Assembly (NCBI RefSeq): GCF_963921235.1
Contig: NC_086100.1
Location: 204,912,001-204,976,000 of the forward strand
Source: Mobula hypostoma
Taxonomy: Eukaryota
Reading direction: 5' to 3'
DNA length: 64,000 nucleotides
Shown here piece by piece: positions 26,040-39,810 of the stretch; the stretch's first letter is position 1; the number at the start of each line of letters is the position of its first letter. The notes under the pieces are model-generated. The model had not been told where the DNA came from, made no database searches, and was given only the letters and a program-made list of their open reading frames with translations. The translations under genes and the position numbers were made by a program.

Positions 26040-26460
26040 ACTGAAGCACCGGTGAAATGCGCAGGCGTCAGGGTTGCGGATGCGCCTGAATATCGCGCAT
26101 GCGCAGTGTACTCAAAAGTTTTCCGAGGAATCGGCGGCAGTTAAGATCGCGTCTCCGGGTCTGATATTTCAACACCGACTGAAGTCAGTTGCTGTGAACT
26201 GCGGACACCGTGGCCCGCAATCCCGGGACAGTCCTGCCCTTTTCCCTCTCTCTCAGCCCCACGATCCTTACACGGGTCCCGGGGAGCTTCCGGCTGATGA
26301 GGGAATGGGACCCGATGGATCTCTCAGACAGAGCTGAGCTCCAGCTGTCTAAATGCAAGGATTGGGAACTCGGAGAAAGGGAACAAAATCTTTTACATCA
26401 GCATTTGAGAAAATCACCTTTGTTCTACCTCCAATCACAAACAAGAGAAAATCTGCACAC
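26040..26460 (+). promoter_or_regulatory. CpG-rich promoter / first-exon region of ZNF unit 1
   Basis: Local CpG enrichment; perfect NRF1 motif GCGCATGCGC at 26095-26104 plus variants at ~26058 and ~26075; ETS-like CTTCCGG at 26287. Paralogous to 42470-42890. Confidence 0.65.
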
Positions 26461-27244
26461 AAAATGCCGGAGAAACTCGGCATTAGTACTCTTTTCCATA
26501 GATGCTGCCTCGCCTGCTGAGTTCCTCCAGCATTTTGTGTGTGTTGCTTGTTCTACCCCCTCTTGTTCTGGTACATTCCTACCCATGAGAAAACGTTTTG
26601 ACCCATTCTCTCTGGGTACATATGATATCAAACACCTTTGCCCGGGCAATAAGTAGCTTTCACATCACAAATGTGCCAGACTCCAGTAAGACAGACTCCT
26701 GCCCTTCCCTTCATATTCATTGGCATTGCCATCAATGAGTTCACCACCGTTCGTCATATGGGGAGGTTTCAGGGGAAATATTTACATACCATTCAGAAAC
26801 TGGTGTTACCTGTGTGTATTGTGGCGATGCAAGAGTTGCTGGAGAATTTGCAAGTGGGAAGAAGTGGAGTGATATTTGGAAATCTGACTTTTTAAAGCAT
26901 CACTTAGCAACCAAGTCACACATGGACAGTGTGCAATAGCTCTGGTGAGAAAATCCTTCATAACCCACTACAGGCCTGCTACAAAGGCTGTGTGAGAGTG
27001 CAGATGAACTCGATCAAACCCAGAGGAGATCAAGTTTCTTATTAACAATGATTTGCTAGCTGTTGAAATGAATTCCTCTCTATATAAAATTCAGCATGCA
27101 CATGTTATTGTCACCATGCAAAAAAAATGCATAGCACAAGATTCTTGTGCCCACTGGTCATTACAAATTAGAGGGGACATTCATGGGAAGTTGGGGAGAC
27201 CTCCAGTGTCCCTGATGCCCTCACCTACAAGATGTGCATCCATC

Positions 27245-27715
27245 TAGGAAGGATGTGGAAGCATTGGAAAGGGTACAGAGGAGATTTACCAGGATGCTGC
27301 CCGGTTTAGAAAGTATGCATTATGATCAGAGGTGAAGGGAGCTAGGGCTTTACTCTTTGGAGAGAAGGAGGATGAGAGGAGACATGATAGAGGTGTACAA
27401 GATAATAAGAGGAATAGATAGAGTGTATACCCAGCGCCTCTTCCGCGAGGCACCACTGCTCAATACAAGAGGACATGGCTTTAAGGTAAGGGGTGGGAAG
27501 TTCAAGGGGGATGTTAGAGGAAGGTTTTTTACTCAGAGAGTGGTTGGTGTGTGGAATGCACTGCCTGAGTCAATGGTGGAGGCAGATGCACTAGTGAAGT
27601 TTAAGAGACTACTAGACCGGTATCTGCAGGAATTTAAGGTGGGGGCTTATATGGGAGGCAGGGTTTGAGGGTTGGCACAACATTGTGGGCCAAAGGGCCT
27701 GTACTATGCTGAACA
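27245..27715 (+). mobile_element. CR1 3' fragment
   Basis: ORF 27357-27668 is nearly the same as the CR1 ORF2 C-terminus at 60620-61114. Confidence 0.9.
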
Positions 27716-28326
27716 TATTAACCCTTCACTTCAAGGAGTTGGAGCCGAAAATGGATGAGTTCCTGATCATCTGGGAGTCAGAGGGGGTGAGAGATATGAC
27801 ATGAAGAGAGGTGAGTTACACCCAAGGTGCAGGACACAGGAAACTGGGTGAGACTCAGGAAGGGGAATGAGGTTAAATAGCCATCACAGAGTACTCTTGT
27901 GGCCATTCCCCACAACAACTGGTAGACTACTTTAGACACTGCTGGGGGTGGGGTTATTACCTGGCAGTGGAAAGTCAAAACGTTCGTTAGGAGAACAGAA
28001 CTAGAAGGGGACGAATATCCTCGTGGTAAGGCTTGCTAGTGCCACTCTCGTCATGAATTAATCAGTCTGATGGTCTGGTGGAAGAAGCTGTCCCAGACCC
28101 TGGTGGTCCTAGCTTTTATGCTGCGGTACCACTTCCTGGATGGTCGCACCTGGAACAGTTTGTGGTTGGGGTGACTCAGGTCCCCAGTGATCCTTTGGGC
28201 TCTTTTTATACACCTGTCTTTGTAAATGCCCTGGATAGTGGTAAGTTCACATCTACAGATGTTTTGTTCCCAAAACTAACGAATACTCTATCATCCCTTT
28301 GGCTTTCCTCTTCCAGATCAAAAAAC

Positions 28327-28759
28327 ACAGAATCAGAATCAGGTTTATTATCACCAACATGTCGTGAAACTTGTTAACTTAGCAGCAGCAGTTCAATCCA
28401 ATACATAATATACATTTGTAGAAAAAAAAATCTTATTCATTATTCTTTACAGAGTATATGTATATATATTAAATCTCTTGTAAAAAAAACCCCAGAAATA
28501 ATATACATTAAAAAAGTGAGGTAGTGTCCAAGGTTCAATGTCCATTTAGGAATCAGATGGCAGAGGGGAAGAAGCTGTTCCTGAATTGCTGAGTATGTGC
28601 CGTCAGGCTTCTGTACCTCCTACCTGATGGTAACAGTGAGAAAAGGGCTTTCCCTGGGTGCTGGAGGTCCTTAATAAAGGACGCTGCCTTTCTGAGACAC
28701 AGCTCCCTAAAGTTGTCCTGAGTACTTTGTAGGCTAGTACCCAAGATGGAGCTAACTAA
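28327..28759 (-). mobile_element. Rex1/Babar-like LINE 3' end
   Basis: CLRKAASFIKDLQHPG..LFSLLPSGRRYRSL...FRNSFFPSAI; (TTCTGA)n tail on -. Confidence 0.75.
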
Positions 28760-29708
28760 TCCCTCCCCCCCCTCTCTCTGCATTCCGCAGGGATCGCTCC
28801 CTACACAACTCCCTTGTCCATTCATCCCCCCCATCCCTCCCCACTGATCTCCCTCCTGGCACTTATCCATGTAAGCGGAACAAGTGCTACACATGCCCTT
28901 ACACTTCCTCCCTTACCACCATTCAGGGCCCCAAACAGTCCTTCCAGGTGAGGCATCACTTCACCTGTGAGTCGACTGGGGTGATATACTGCGTCCGGTG
29001 CTCCCGATGTGGCCTTTTATATATTGGTGAGACCCGACGCAGACTGGGAGACCGCTTTGCTGAACATCTACGCTCTGTCCGCCACAGAAAGCAGGATCTC
29101 CCAGTGGCCACACATTTTAATTCCACATCCCATTCCCATTCTGACATGTCTATCCACGGCCTCCTCTACTGTAAAGATGAAGCCACACTCAGGTTGGAGG
29201 AACAACACCTTATATTCCGTATGGGTAGCCTCCAACCTGATGGCATGAACATTGACTTCTCTAACTTCCGCTAGGCCCCACCTCCCCCTCGTACCCCATC
29301 TGTTACTCTTTTTTATGCACACATTCTTTCTCTCACTCTCCTTTTTCTCCCTCTGTCCCTCTGAATATACCTCTTGCCCATCCTCTGGGTCACCCCCCCC
29401 CCTGTCTTTCTTCCCGGACCTCCTGTCCCATGATCCTCTCGTATCCCCTTCTGCCTATCACCTGTCCAGCTCTCGGCTCCATCCCTCCCCCTCCTGTCTT
29501 CTCCTATCATTTTGCATCTCCCCCTCCCCCTCCAGCTTTCAAATCCCTTACTCACTCTTCCTTCAGTTAGTCCTGACGAAGGGTCTCGGCCTGAAACGTC
29601 GACTGCGCCTCTTCCTATAGATGCTGCTTGGCCTGCTGCGTTCACCAGCAACTTTGATGTATGTTGCTTGAATTTCCAGCATCTGCAGAATTCCTGTTGT
29701 TTGCGTTT
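28760..29708 (+). mobile_element. Penelope-like element 3' part, nested in the Rex1/Babar fragment
   Basis: GIY-YIG ORF 28948-29274; TAACTAA at 28753-28759 and 29709-29715 (TSD). Confidence 0.9.
29569..29604 (+). ncRNA. Minimal type I hammerhead ribozyme motif
   Basis: AGTC-CTGACGA-AGGGTCTCGGCCT-GAAA-CGTC-GACT: conserved core, stem I AGTC/GACT, GUC site. Confidence 0.7.
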
Positions 29709-29819
29709 TAACTAAATTTACAACCGTTTTTACAAACAAGGAGGTGCATACAAGTTACAGACAGATAGGAATAAATGGGGTAGTTACAAAGTACATGAAA
29801 TTCAAATGAACACTTATGA

Positions 29820-31480
29820 AAGAAATAAAAGAAGGCATGAGGTTGCCCCAGCAGACAAGGTGAAGGAGAATCCTCAGGGATTCTGCAGATATGTTAAGAG
29901 CAAAAAGATTGTAAGGGAGAAAATTAATCCTCTGGAAGATCAGAATGGCAATCCATACGAGGAGACAAAATAGATGGGGGAGATTTTAAATCCCCAGGGC
30001 CTGACAAGTTGTTCCCTGGGACCCTGCAGAAGACAAGTGCAGAATATGTCGAGGCACAAGCACAGACATTTAAATCATCCTTAGTGACAGGTGAGGTACT
30101 GGAGGATTGGAGGACAGCTAATATTGTTCTGCTGTTCAATAAAGGTTCTAAAATAAAGTAAGAAATTATACATTGGTGAGCTTGACAGTAGTAGGGAGAA
30201 AGTTATTGGAACATATGTGCAGAGACCAGATATATAAGTATTTGGATAGATGTGAACTGATTAAGAATAGACAACTTGGCTTTGTGCATGGTAGGTCATG
30301 TCTAACCAATCTTATGAGTTTCTTGAAGAAGTTATAAGTAAAGTGGATGAAGGCAAGACAGTGGATTTTGTCTACATGGACTTTAGCAAGGCACTTGACA
30401 AAGTCTCAAATGGGAGGTTGGTCAAGAAGGTTCAGTCACTCAGCACTCAAGATGCGATAGTAAATTGGATGAGACACTGGCTTTGGGAGAAGCCTCACCT
30501 CTGACTGCAGGCTGGTGACTAGTGGTTGCCACAGAGATCAGTGCCGGATCTGTTGTTGTTTGTCATCTATATCAGTTATCTGGATGTTAACATGGTTAGC
30601 TGGATCAGCAAATTTGTGGCTGACACCAAGATTGGTGGTGTAGTGGACAGTGAGGAAGACTGTCATGGCTTGTAGTGTGATCTGGACCAGCTGATGAGAA
30701 ATGGAAAATGGGATTTAATGCAGACAAGTGTGAGGTGTTTCACTTTGGGAGGACCTACCAGGGTAGGTCTTACACAGTGACTAGTAGTGCACTGAGAAGT
30801 GTTGTTGAAGAAAGGGATCTGGGAATACAGGTCTATAATTCAATGAAAGTGGTGTCACAGTTAGATAGGGACGGATAGAAAGATTTTGGCACATTGGCCT
30901 TCATAAACCAAAGTACTGAGTACAGGAGATGGATGTTATGTTGCCTTTCTACAAGACATTGGTGAACCTGATTTGGAGTATTGTGTGCAGTTTTGGTCAC
31001 CAACCTACAGGAAAATTGTAAAAGTGGTTGAAAGAGTTCAGAGAAAATTCCCAAGGATGTTGCCAGGTCTGGAGGACTTGGGTTATAAGGAGACTTTGAA
31101 CTGGACTTTATTCCTTGGAATGTAGAAGATTGGGGGGAGATTTGATGGAGGTGTACCACAATTATGAGGGTTATAGATAAGGTCAATGTAAGCTGGCTTT
31201 TACCACTGAGATTGGGTGTGACTATAACCAGAGGCCATGGGTTAAGGGTGAAAGGTGAGACATTAAGGGTAACATGAGGGAAACCTCTTCACACAGATGG
31301 TCTTCCGGATGTGGAACGAGCAGCCAGCATAACTGGTGCATGCAAGCTCAATTTCAACATTTAAGAGGTTCCGAAAGGTTCCTGAATGGTAGGGGTATGG
31401 GAGAAGACAGTTTAAATAGCTCGGCACAAACTAGATGAGCCAAAGGGTCTGTTTCTGTGTTGTACTTTTCTATGACTGTG
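29820..31480 (+). mobile_element. Decayed CR1 ORF2, shared with unit 2 (50760-52560)
   Basis: RT motifs YMDFSKALDKV and KFVADTK; collinear with the unit 2 copy. Confidence 0.85.
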
Positions 31481-31562
31481 ACAAGAACCTGAAATAAAAC
31501 GAATATTCACTCAAATTCAATTTAACAGCTGTGCAGACCAACCATACATCTGAGTAGGAGAT

Positions 31563-31738
31563 TGGCTATATTTAAGCGGGAGTTAGATGTGGCCCTTGTG
31601 GCTAAAGGGATCAGGGGGTATGGAGAGAAGGCAGGTACAGGGTTCTGAGTTGGATGATCAGCCATGATCATACTGAATGGTGGTGCAGGCTCAAAGGGCC
31701 AAATGTCCTACTCCTGCACCTATTTTCTATGTTTCTAT
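31563..31738 (+). mobile_element. Short CR1 3' insertion specific to unit 1
   Basis: GAGAT duplicated at 31558-31562 and 31739-31743; the site is empty in unit 2 (~52640). Confidence 0.8.
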
Positions 31739-32564
31739 GAGATATTTACATGGCGTTAAAACTGTGGCACTTTAAATTAACAGTACATAAAAGACAGTCC
31801 CAGCTGCACATTAACAAAGGCTATTTACGTGAGAGTGTTTCAGTTACTGTGGGGCCAGGCACCCATGCAGCTCAATGGGAACAGGGAATAATACTAATGG
31901 AGAGAGTCAAACTGAGCCAGGTCACAGATTGGAGATGGCAGAAATGTCCCATTCTTCTAGAGACAGGAAGAGCATCAGAGAGTTTGATGGTCATTTCAGA
32001 TACCAGCACTTTGCCCAGTTACAGGATAATTTCTCTCTCTAACTTGGGTTGAACTTCACTGTAACAGTGTGATGCCAGATCACACCCTGGCAACTAAAGT
32101 GATCTCATCTGAAATGTTGTCCTTCACCCATTGATGGATTTTGTAAATCTTTTTACAGGTAAAAAATAACAAGGAATTTGTCTATGGGAATTCAAACACA
32201 ACACACCAGTTTTGCTGTCTCTGTCTAGATATTTAAGAAGTGTAGCAAGAGATTCAATCAACCATCCTTCCTGCTCAGACTGTGGGAAGGGATTCACTCA
32301 ATTATCTGATCGACTGGCACGCCCGTCACTTTGCACAGGGAAAAGGCCGTTCACCAGCTCAGACAGTGGGAATGGATTCACTCGGTCATCTCAACTGAAC
32401 GTACATCAGCAAGTTCACTCTGGGCCAAGGCCATTCATCTGTTCTGTGTATGAGAAGCGATTCAGTTTGTCTTCCCACCTGTGGACACACCAGTCAGTTC
32501 ACACTGGGCAGAGGGTGGTCATTTGCTGATTTGTGGGGAAGGATTCACTTGGTCATCTGACCTA

Positions 32565-33668
32565 ATGGCTCACCAGCAAGTTCACACTGGGGAGCAGCCG
32601 TTCACCTGCTCAGATTGCGGAAAGGGATTCACTAAATCATCTAAATTGAAGGTACATCAGCGAGTTCATACTGGGGAGAGGCCGTTCACCTGCTCAGAGT
32701 GTGGGAAAGGATTCACTCAGTCATCCAACCTTCAAGCACACCGGTCAGTTCACACTGTGGAGAGGCCGTTCACCTGCTCAGACTGTGGCAAGGGATTCAC
32801 TCGGTCATCATCCCTACAGAGACACCAGTCAGTTCACACTGGGGAGTTGCGGTTCATCTGCTCAGACTGTGGAAAGGGATTCAATCAGTCATCCTCCCTA
32901 TTGGTACACCAGCAAGTTCACACCAGGGAGCGGCCGTTCACCTGCTCAGTCTGTGGGAAGGGATTCATTTGCTCATCTAAACTGAAGGTACATCAGCGAG
33001 TTCACACTGGAGAGAGGCCGTTGGCCTGTTTAGGCTGCAGGAAGGGATTCACTCGGTCATCTCAACTGAAGGAACATCAGCGAGTTCACAGTGGGGAGAG
33101 GCTGTTTAAATGCTCAGACTGTGGGATGGGATTCACTCGGTCATCCGACCTATTGGTACACCAGCGAGTTCACACTGGGGAGAGGCCATTCACCTGCTCA
33201 CTCTGTGGGAAAGGATTCACTTTATTATCTCACCTACTGAGACACCAGTCAGTTCACACTGGGGAGAGGCCATTCACCTGCTCATTCTGTGGGAAGACTT
33301 TCACTCAGTCATCTGACCTGCAGAGTCACCAACGAGTTCACACTGGGGAGAAGCCATTCACCTGCTCAGACTGTGGGAAAGGATTCACTTTATTAACTTC
33401 TCTACGGAGACACCAGTTAATTCACACCGGGGAGAGGCCGTTCACCTGCTCAATCTGTGGGAAGGGATTCACTTGGTCATCCGACCTACAGAGTCACCAA
33501 CGAGTTCACACTGGGGAGAGGCCATTCACCTGCTCAGTCTGTGGGAAGACTTTCACTCAGTCATCCACCCTACAGAGACATCAACGAGTTCACACTGGGG
33601 AGAAGCCATTCACCTGCTCAGACTGTGGAAAGGGATTCACTCAATCATCCAACCTATTGGCACACTAG
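32565..33668 (+). CDS. Tandem C2H2 zinc-finger protein, unit 1 (12 complete fingers)
   Basis: CxxC-x12-HxxxH repeats with TGERP linkers; ATG at 32565; 13th finger cut by TAG; exon acceptor TTTTACAG at 32151-32158. Confidence 0.85.
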   Translation: MAHQQVHTGEQPFTCSDCGKGFTKSSKLKVHQRVHTGERPFTCSECGKGFTQSSNLQAHRSVHTVERPFTCSDCGKGFTRSSSLQRHQSVHTGELRFICSDCGKGFNQSSSLLVHQQVHTRERPFTCSVCGKGFICSSKLKVHQRVHTGERPLACLGCRKGFTRSSQLKEHQRVHSGERLFKCSDCGMGFTRSSDLLVHQRVHTGERPFTCSLCGKGFTLLSHLLRHQSVHTGERPFTCSFCGKTFTQSSDLQSHQRVHTGEKPFTCSDCGKGFTLLTSLRRHQLIHTGERPFTCSICGKGFTWSSDLQSHQRVHTGERPFTCSVCGKTFTQSSTLQRHQRVHTGEKPFTCSDCGKGFTQSSNLLAH

Positions 33669-33767
<99 letters not shown>

Positions 33768-36002
33768 TAGAGTGAACTGTTCAGACTTTGGGAAGAGATT
33801 CTCTCAGCCATCTCCAGCAAATGTGCATCATTGGGTTCACAATGGGGAGAGGCCGTTCACCTGCTGTGAATGTGGGAAGGATTCACTTAGTAATCTAACC
33901 CTGTGACACATACCAGGTTCACAATGGGTAGAAAGTTTCAATAAGCTGCCTGCTAGATATTTGTCCATCACCATTGCTGAATGTAATTTCAAGAGTGACT
34001 GTCAGTGCTGAACTCTGCAATTATTACTGCTACTCACCACGCCCAGTTCTGGGAGGAATTTCTTCTGCTGCACATTCACCTTTAATGGGACTGGGTTTTA
34101 ACATTCTGGATCTGAGACAAATAAATCAGTTCTATTTTAAACTCTGTCTTCAGTACTTAGTGAATTTATAACACACCTAGTGTACAGTAGAGAGTCAACT
34201 CAGGCCGGCTGGACCCTGCCAGTGATTCTGTTCCACAACAATCCTTTAAAATCCTCCCCTGTTGTTTACCTCTTGCATTCCCTGTGGTGATGGATTCCAT
34301 ACAGTCACCACTCTGTGGGTGAAGAGGTTTCCCTTGAATTTTCTGCACACTGAAGAAGTCGATCTGACTGCAGTTCTGTCTGAGATGTTCTTCACCCCTC
34401 TAATCTCTGGGCTGAGGAAGAATGACATTGGCAGTTAACCTCCTTAATCACGACTCATTTCCACATTATAGGTCATTTTCCCTGCTTCTAAATGGTTGTT
34501 AGAAAACACCACTGTCCTCTCAAGACTGAAAGCAGAATGGAAAACCATTAGTTAGATGTTCAGCAGAGCAGGGTCAGAAACCAGAGGTGGAAAACACAGG
34601 GCAGAGTTTGGGGCTCTGGATGATGGTCGAGGTAAGAACGTATGATGAGGAGAAGGAATCAGCTGCGAGACGTGGCAACGAATGACAGAGTAGCAATATT
34701 TGGAAGCTGATTGACAGAGAAAATCTTTCGGTTGTCTGACTGATGACACAAACAATACCTGTGGTGAGGTGCTCCACTGGTCGAGGAGCGTGTGTGTTGG
34801 GAATGGTTTTATCTGTTGAGGGAGTTGTTCCTGCTTGCTTATCCTGTAATATTATATCCGGATGGTTATTATTGGTTGTCCTATCTGAACTAACATATTT
34901 CTTATCATATAAATTGTAATATTTTGACTCTGCAACTGTATCAGGCTTGAATTTATGGCGCCTTTATGAAGTGATGGAGGGCATTCATGAGTTTGTATTT
35001 TAAAGCAAGATTTTGGTGAATGATATTTGCCACTTGATTGTACCTTTGTAAGTAATCAGATTGAGTTAAACTGCTGCAGGATCCTGGAATGTGTTGGATT
35101 GTGTCTGGTTTCTCTTGGCATTTTCTGCACATTGCCTTGTTTGTATTTCATGTATTTTTGATTTTTTTCCCCTTTTGTTAACCACTTTGTCCTGTATTTC
35201 TGCAAGGAACCCTCTGTTTCTGGGAAGAGGTCTCCAACTCTCAGTCAGGTGCTCGATGCTTCCTTGTCACCATCTCATCTGCTCAGATCATTGGGATGTC
35301 TCCCATGGAGGGTCATATTCATTCCACTGGTTAATGTTTTCTTCCCTAGTGATGATTCATTTTTCTGAGTTGGCCTCTCATTTAAGTTTCTCATCACCAT
35401 TGCATATACACACATGGCGTGCTGAATCCTGTTCATTTTTGATGAAAATATATACTTTATATATACTAAAGCTTTATCTGACTGTTGTGATTTTTTTTCA
35501 TGTCTGTTATTTCTCTTCCTCCTTCTGTCCAAGGTAGCGTTAATCTAAGTGGGTTTGAGTGTAAATAGTCTTTTCTAAAGTTTTCCAAAGTTCTTATTTA
35601 TCTTTATAAATTTTACTGATTGTAATGGGACCAATATATTTTTATTTTAAAAAAGTCAATATCAGTATTGATGAAAGTGTTTCTCGCCTTTGTTGTATTT
35701 GTTAACTATTGAGGTCGGTTTGGCAAGTTTTTTTAAGCCTTGAACTCAATTTTGTCAAAGGTTTCCCTATTTCGCACTACTTTCTATTTTCTTTGCTTGT
35801 TGATATTCCAGATACGTGGATATCAAGATTCCCGATATAGTATCATGGCCTGAAATGCTGATTCCCATCCATAGATGCTGCCTGACATGCTGAGCTCCTC
35901 CAGCACTTTGTGTGTAGTTCTCTAGATTTCTAGCGTCTGCAGGTGCTCTTGTCTCCTGGATACTTATTTGTTTCTTGAAAGAACAAGCTGGTAGTGGGGT
36001 TG

Positions 36003-36254
36003 AAGCAACACTCACACCACGCTGGAGGAACTCAGCAGGTCGGGCAGCATCCGTGGAAAAGATTGGTCGACGTTTCGGACCGGAACCCTTCGTCAGGACT
36101 GAAGAGGGAAGGGGCAGAGACCCTATAAAGAAAGTGAGGGGAGGGTGGGAAGGAGAAGGCTGGTAGATTCCAGGTGAAAAACCAGTAAGGGGAAAGATAA
36201 AGGGGTGGGGGAGGGGAAGCCGGGGGGTGATAGGCAGGAAAGGTGAAGAAAGAA
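36003..36254 (-). mobile_element. PLE 3'-terminal fragment
   Basis: Matches the 3' UTR of the PLE at 50400-50690. 14-bp duplication TGGTAGTGGGGTTG at 35989-36002 and 36255-36268. Absent from unit 2. Confidence 0.85.
36065..36100 (-). ncRNA. Minimal hammerhead ribozyme motif
   Basis: Reverse complement reads AGTC-CTGACGA-AGGGTTCCGGTCC-GAAA-CGTC-GACC. Confidence 0.65.
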
Positions 36255-36269
36255 TGGTAGTGGGGTTGT

Positions 36270-37150
36270 GTGGCTCTGTTGGTAAAATATTAAATATAAT
36301 CATTAGATAGAGGTGGCATAGGGTTGGAAGGTGTAGAATGTGTGGGTAGAATTAAGGAACAGCAAATGTTAAAAAAAAAATCCCTGATGGGAATTGTATA
36401 GAAACCTCCAATCAGTAGTAAGTATGTGGTCCACAAATTACGATGGAAGATAGAAAATGTGCCAAAAGGGCAATGTTACTATAGTCATGGGGGATTGTCA
36501 TACAGGTGACTTGGAAAATTAGGATGGTGTTGGTCTCAAGAAGATGAATTCCCTGAGTGCCTGCAAGATGCTTTTTTAGAGCAGCTCGTGGTTGAGCCCA
36601 GTTGGGGATCAGCTATTCTGGATTGGGTGTTGTAATGAACCGGAATTAATTAGATCACTTCAATTCAAAGATCCCTTCGGGGCAAGAGAAGCTAAAGTCA
36701 GATGTGGAATAAAGAGAATTAGAGAGACATGAGAAAAGGATTGGTCAAAATTGATTTGAAAAGAACACGGGCAGGGATGAAAACAGAGCAGCAATGGCTG
36801 GAATTTCTGGAAGGAATTCGGAAGGCACAGGATATAGACATCACAAAGAGGAATTAGTATTCTAAAGGTAAGGTGACAAAACCGTGGCTGATAAGAGAAA
36901 CCAAAGACAACATAAAAACGAAAGAGAGGGCATACAGCAAAAATTACTGGGAAGTTAGAGGATTGGGAAGCTTTTAAAAACCAATGGAATGCAACTAAAA
37001 TAATTAAGAAGGAACAGATGGAACACGTAGGTGAGCTGGCCAGTAATATCAAAGAGGATACCAAATTTTTATTCAGGTAGATATAGTGTAAAAGAGGGGC
37101 AGAAGTGGATATCGGACCAGTGAAAAATGATGCTGGAGAGGTAGTAAGTG
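36270..37150 (+). mobile_element. Decayed CR1 endonuclease/linker fragment
   Basis: Similar to 38330-39260; the first part is also present in unit 2 (56700-57110). Confidence 0.7.
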
Positions 37151-39810
37151 GGTGTTAGGGATCTGGAGCCGCAGCTTGATGACCTACTGCTTATCAGGGA
37201 AAGTGAATAGGTGATAGACAGGAGCTCCAGGGAGGTAGTCATCCCTAGGCTACAGGGGTCAGAAAACTGGGTCACTGTCAAGAGAGGGAAGGAAAATGCC
37301 CGGATAGTGGAGAGCACATCTGTGGCTGTCCCCCTCAGCAACAAATATCTTGTTCTGGATGCTGTTGAGGGGGATGACCTGACGGGGAACACCCACGGTG
37401 ACCGGGTCTCTGGCACTGAGCCTGGCACTGTTGTGCAGGAGGGAAGGAGGGAGAAGAGGAATGCAGTACTCATAGGGGATTCCATAGTTAGGGGAATGGA
37501 CAGGAGATTCTGTGAGCCTGATAGAGATACCCGCATGGTGTGTTGCCTCGTAGGTGCCAGGGTCCGGGAAGTCTCGGATCGGGTCCAGAATATTCTGAAG
37601 GGAGAAGGTGAGCTGCCAGTTGTCTTGGGACATGTTGGCACCGGTGACATAGATAGGAGAAGGGAAGAGGTCCTGTAGAGAGATTTCTGAGAGTTAGGAA
37701 GGAAGCTGAGAAGCAGGACCTCCAGGGTAGTAATCTCAGGATTGCTATCTGTGCCACAGGCTATCGAAGGCAAGAATAGTAGGATCAGGCAGATGAATGT
37801 GTGGCTAAGAGACTGGTGCAGGGAGCAGGGCTTCAGATTCTTTAATTATTGGGATTTCTTCTGGGGGAAGTATGACCTGAACCTGAAGGGGACCAATATC
37901 CTGGTGGGAAGGTTTAATAGAGCTGTTAGGGAGGGTTTAAATTAATTTGGCAGGGGGATGGGAACAGGAATGATAGAACGGAGGAAGGGGAAAACAGAAA
38001 TAAACTGAAATTGTGAGCAGTAAAGATGTCAGGAAGACAGGCAGGTGATGGGGCAAATTTGTAGCCATTAGGATGAGTTGCAGTGCAATAAAGTTGCAGT
38101 GAAATCAGAGCGAAAAGTATCAAATACTGGTCTTAAGGTGTTGTACTTAAATGCACGCAGCATAAGGAATAAGGTGGATGATCTTGTTGTACAGCTACAG
38201 ATTGGCAGGTATGATATTGTGGCCATCACTGAGACCTGGCTAAAGGATGCATGTTTCTGGGAGCTGAACGTCCAAGGATACACGGTGTATCGGAAGGATA
38301 GGAAGGTAGGCAGAGGGGGAGGCGTGGCTTTATTGGTAAGAAATGATATTAAATCATTAGAAAGAGGTGATATAGGATCGGAAGGTGCAGAATCTTTATG
38401 GTTTGAGCTAAGAAATCGCAGGGGTAAAAGGACCCTGATGGCAGTTATTTATAGGCCTGCAAACAGCTGTAGTGACGTGGACTACAAATTACAACAGGAA
38501 ATAGAAAAGGCTTGTCAGAAGGGCAGTGTTATAATAATTGTGGGGGATTTTAACATGCGAGCGGATTGCGAAAATCAGGTCGGCACTGCATCTCATGAGA
38601 GAGAATTTGTAGAATGTCTGCGAGATGGGTTTTTAGAACAGCTTGTTGTTGAGCCCACAAGGGGATCGGCTGTACTAGATTGGGTATTGTGTAATGAACC
38701 GGAGGTGATTAGAGAGATTGAGGTGAAGGAACCCTTAGAAGGCAGTTATCATAACACAGATTGAGTTCACTGTGAAAATTGAAAAAGAGAAGCCAAAATC
38801 CGATGTGTCGGTATTTCAGTGGAGTAAAGGAAATTACAGTGGCATGAGAGAGGAACTGGCCAAAGTTGACTGGAAAGGGACACTAGTGGGAAGGACGACA
38901 GAGCAGCAGTGGCTGGAGATTATGCGAGAAGTGAGGAAGGTGCAAGACAGATATATTCCAAAAAAGAAGAAATTTTCAAATGGAGAAAGGATGCAACCAT
39001 GGCTGACAGATGAAGTCAAAACCAAAGTTAAAGCAAAGGAGATGGCATACAAGGAAGCAAAAATTAGTGGGAAGACAGAGGATTGGGAAGTTTTTAACAG
39101 CTTACAAAAGGAAACTAAGAAGGTTATTAAGATGGAAAAGATGAACTATGAAAGGAAGCTAGCAGATAATATCAAAGAGGATACTAAAAACTTTTTCTAG
39201 TATATAAAGAGTAAAAGACAGGTGAGAGTAGATATAGGACCGATATAAAATGATGCTGGAGAAATTGTAATGGGAGATAAGGAGATGGCGGAGGAACTGA
39301 ACGAGTATTTTGCATCAGTCTTCACTGAGGAAGACATCAGCAGTATATCGGACACTCAAGGGTGGCAGGGAAGAGAAGTGTGAGCAGTCACAATTACGAC
39401 AGAGACAGTATTCAGGAAGCTGAATAGTCTAAAGGTAGATAAATCTCCTGGACCAGATGGAATGGACCCACGTGTTCTGAAGGAAGTAGCTGTGGAGATT
39501 GCAGAGGCATTAGCGATGATCTTTCAAAAGTCGATAGATTCTGGCATGGTTCCAGAGGACTGGAAGATTGCAAATGTCACTCCGCTATTTAAGAAGGGGC
39601 AAGGAAGCAAAAAGGAAATTATAGACCTGTTAGTTTGACATCGGTGGTTGGGAAGTTGGAGTCGATTGTCAATGATGAGGTTACCGAGTACCTGGAGGCG
39701 TATAACAAGATACTCAAAACGCAGCATGGTTTCCTGAACGGAAAATCCTTCCTGACAAACCTATTACAATTTTTTGAGGAAATTACAAGTAGGATAGACA
39801 AGGGAGATGC
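37150..39810 (+). mobile_element. CR1 (ORF1 esterase, ORF2 endonuclease, RT start), truncated at both ends
   Basis: LIGDSIVRG (SGNH); YLNARSIRNK, AITETWL, VGDFN (APE); DKSPGPDG; QHGF..GKSFLTNL, then an abrupt end. Confidence 0.9.

Noticed and set aside
37069..37773. Antisense ORFs over CR1 ORF1 (also 21480-22109)
   Set aside because: Antisense shadows of the esterase ORF.
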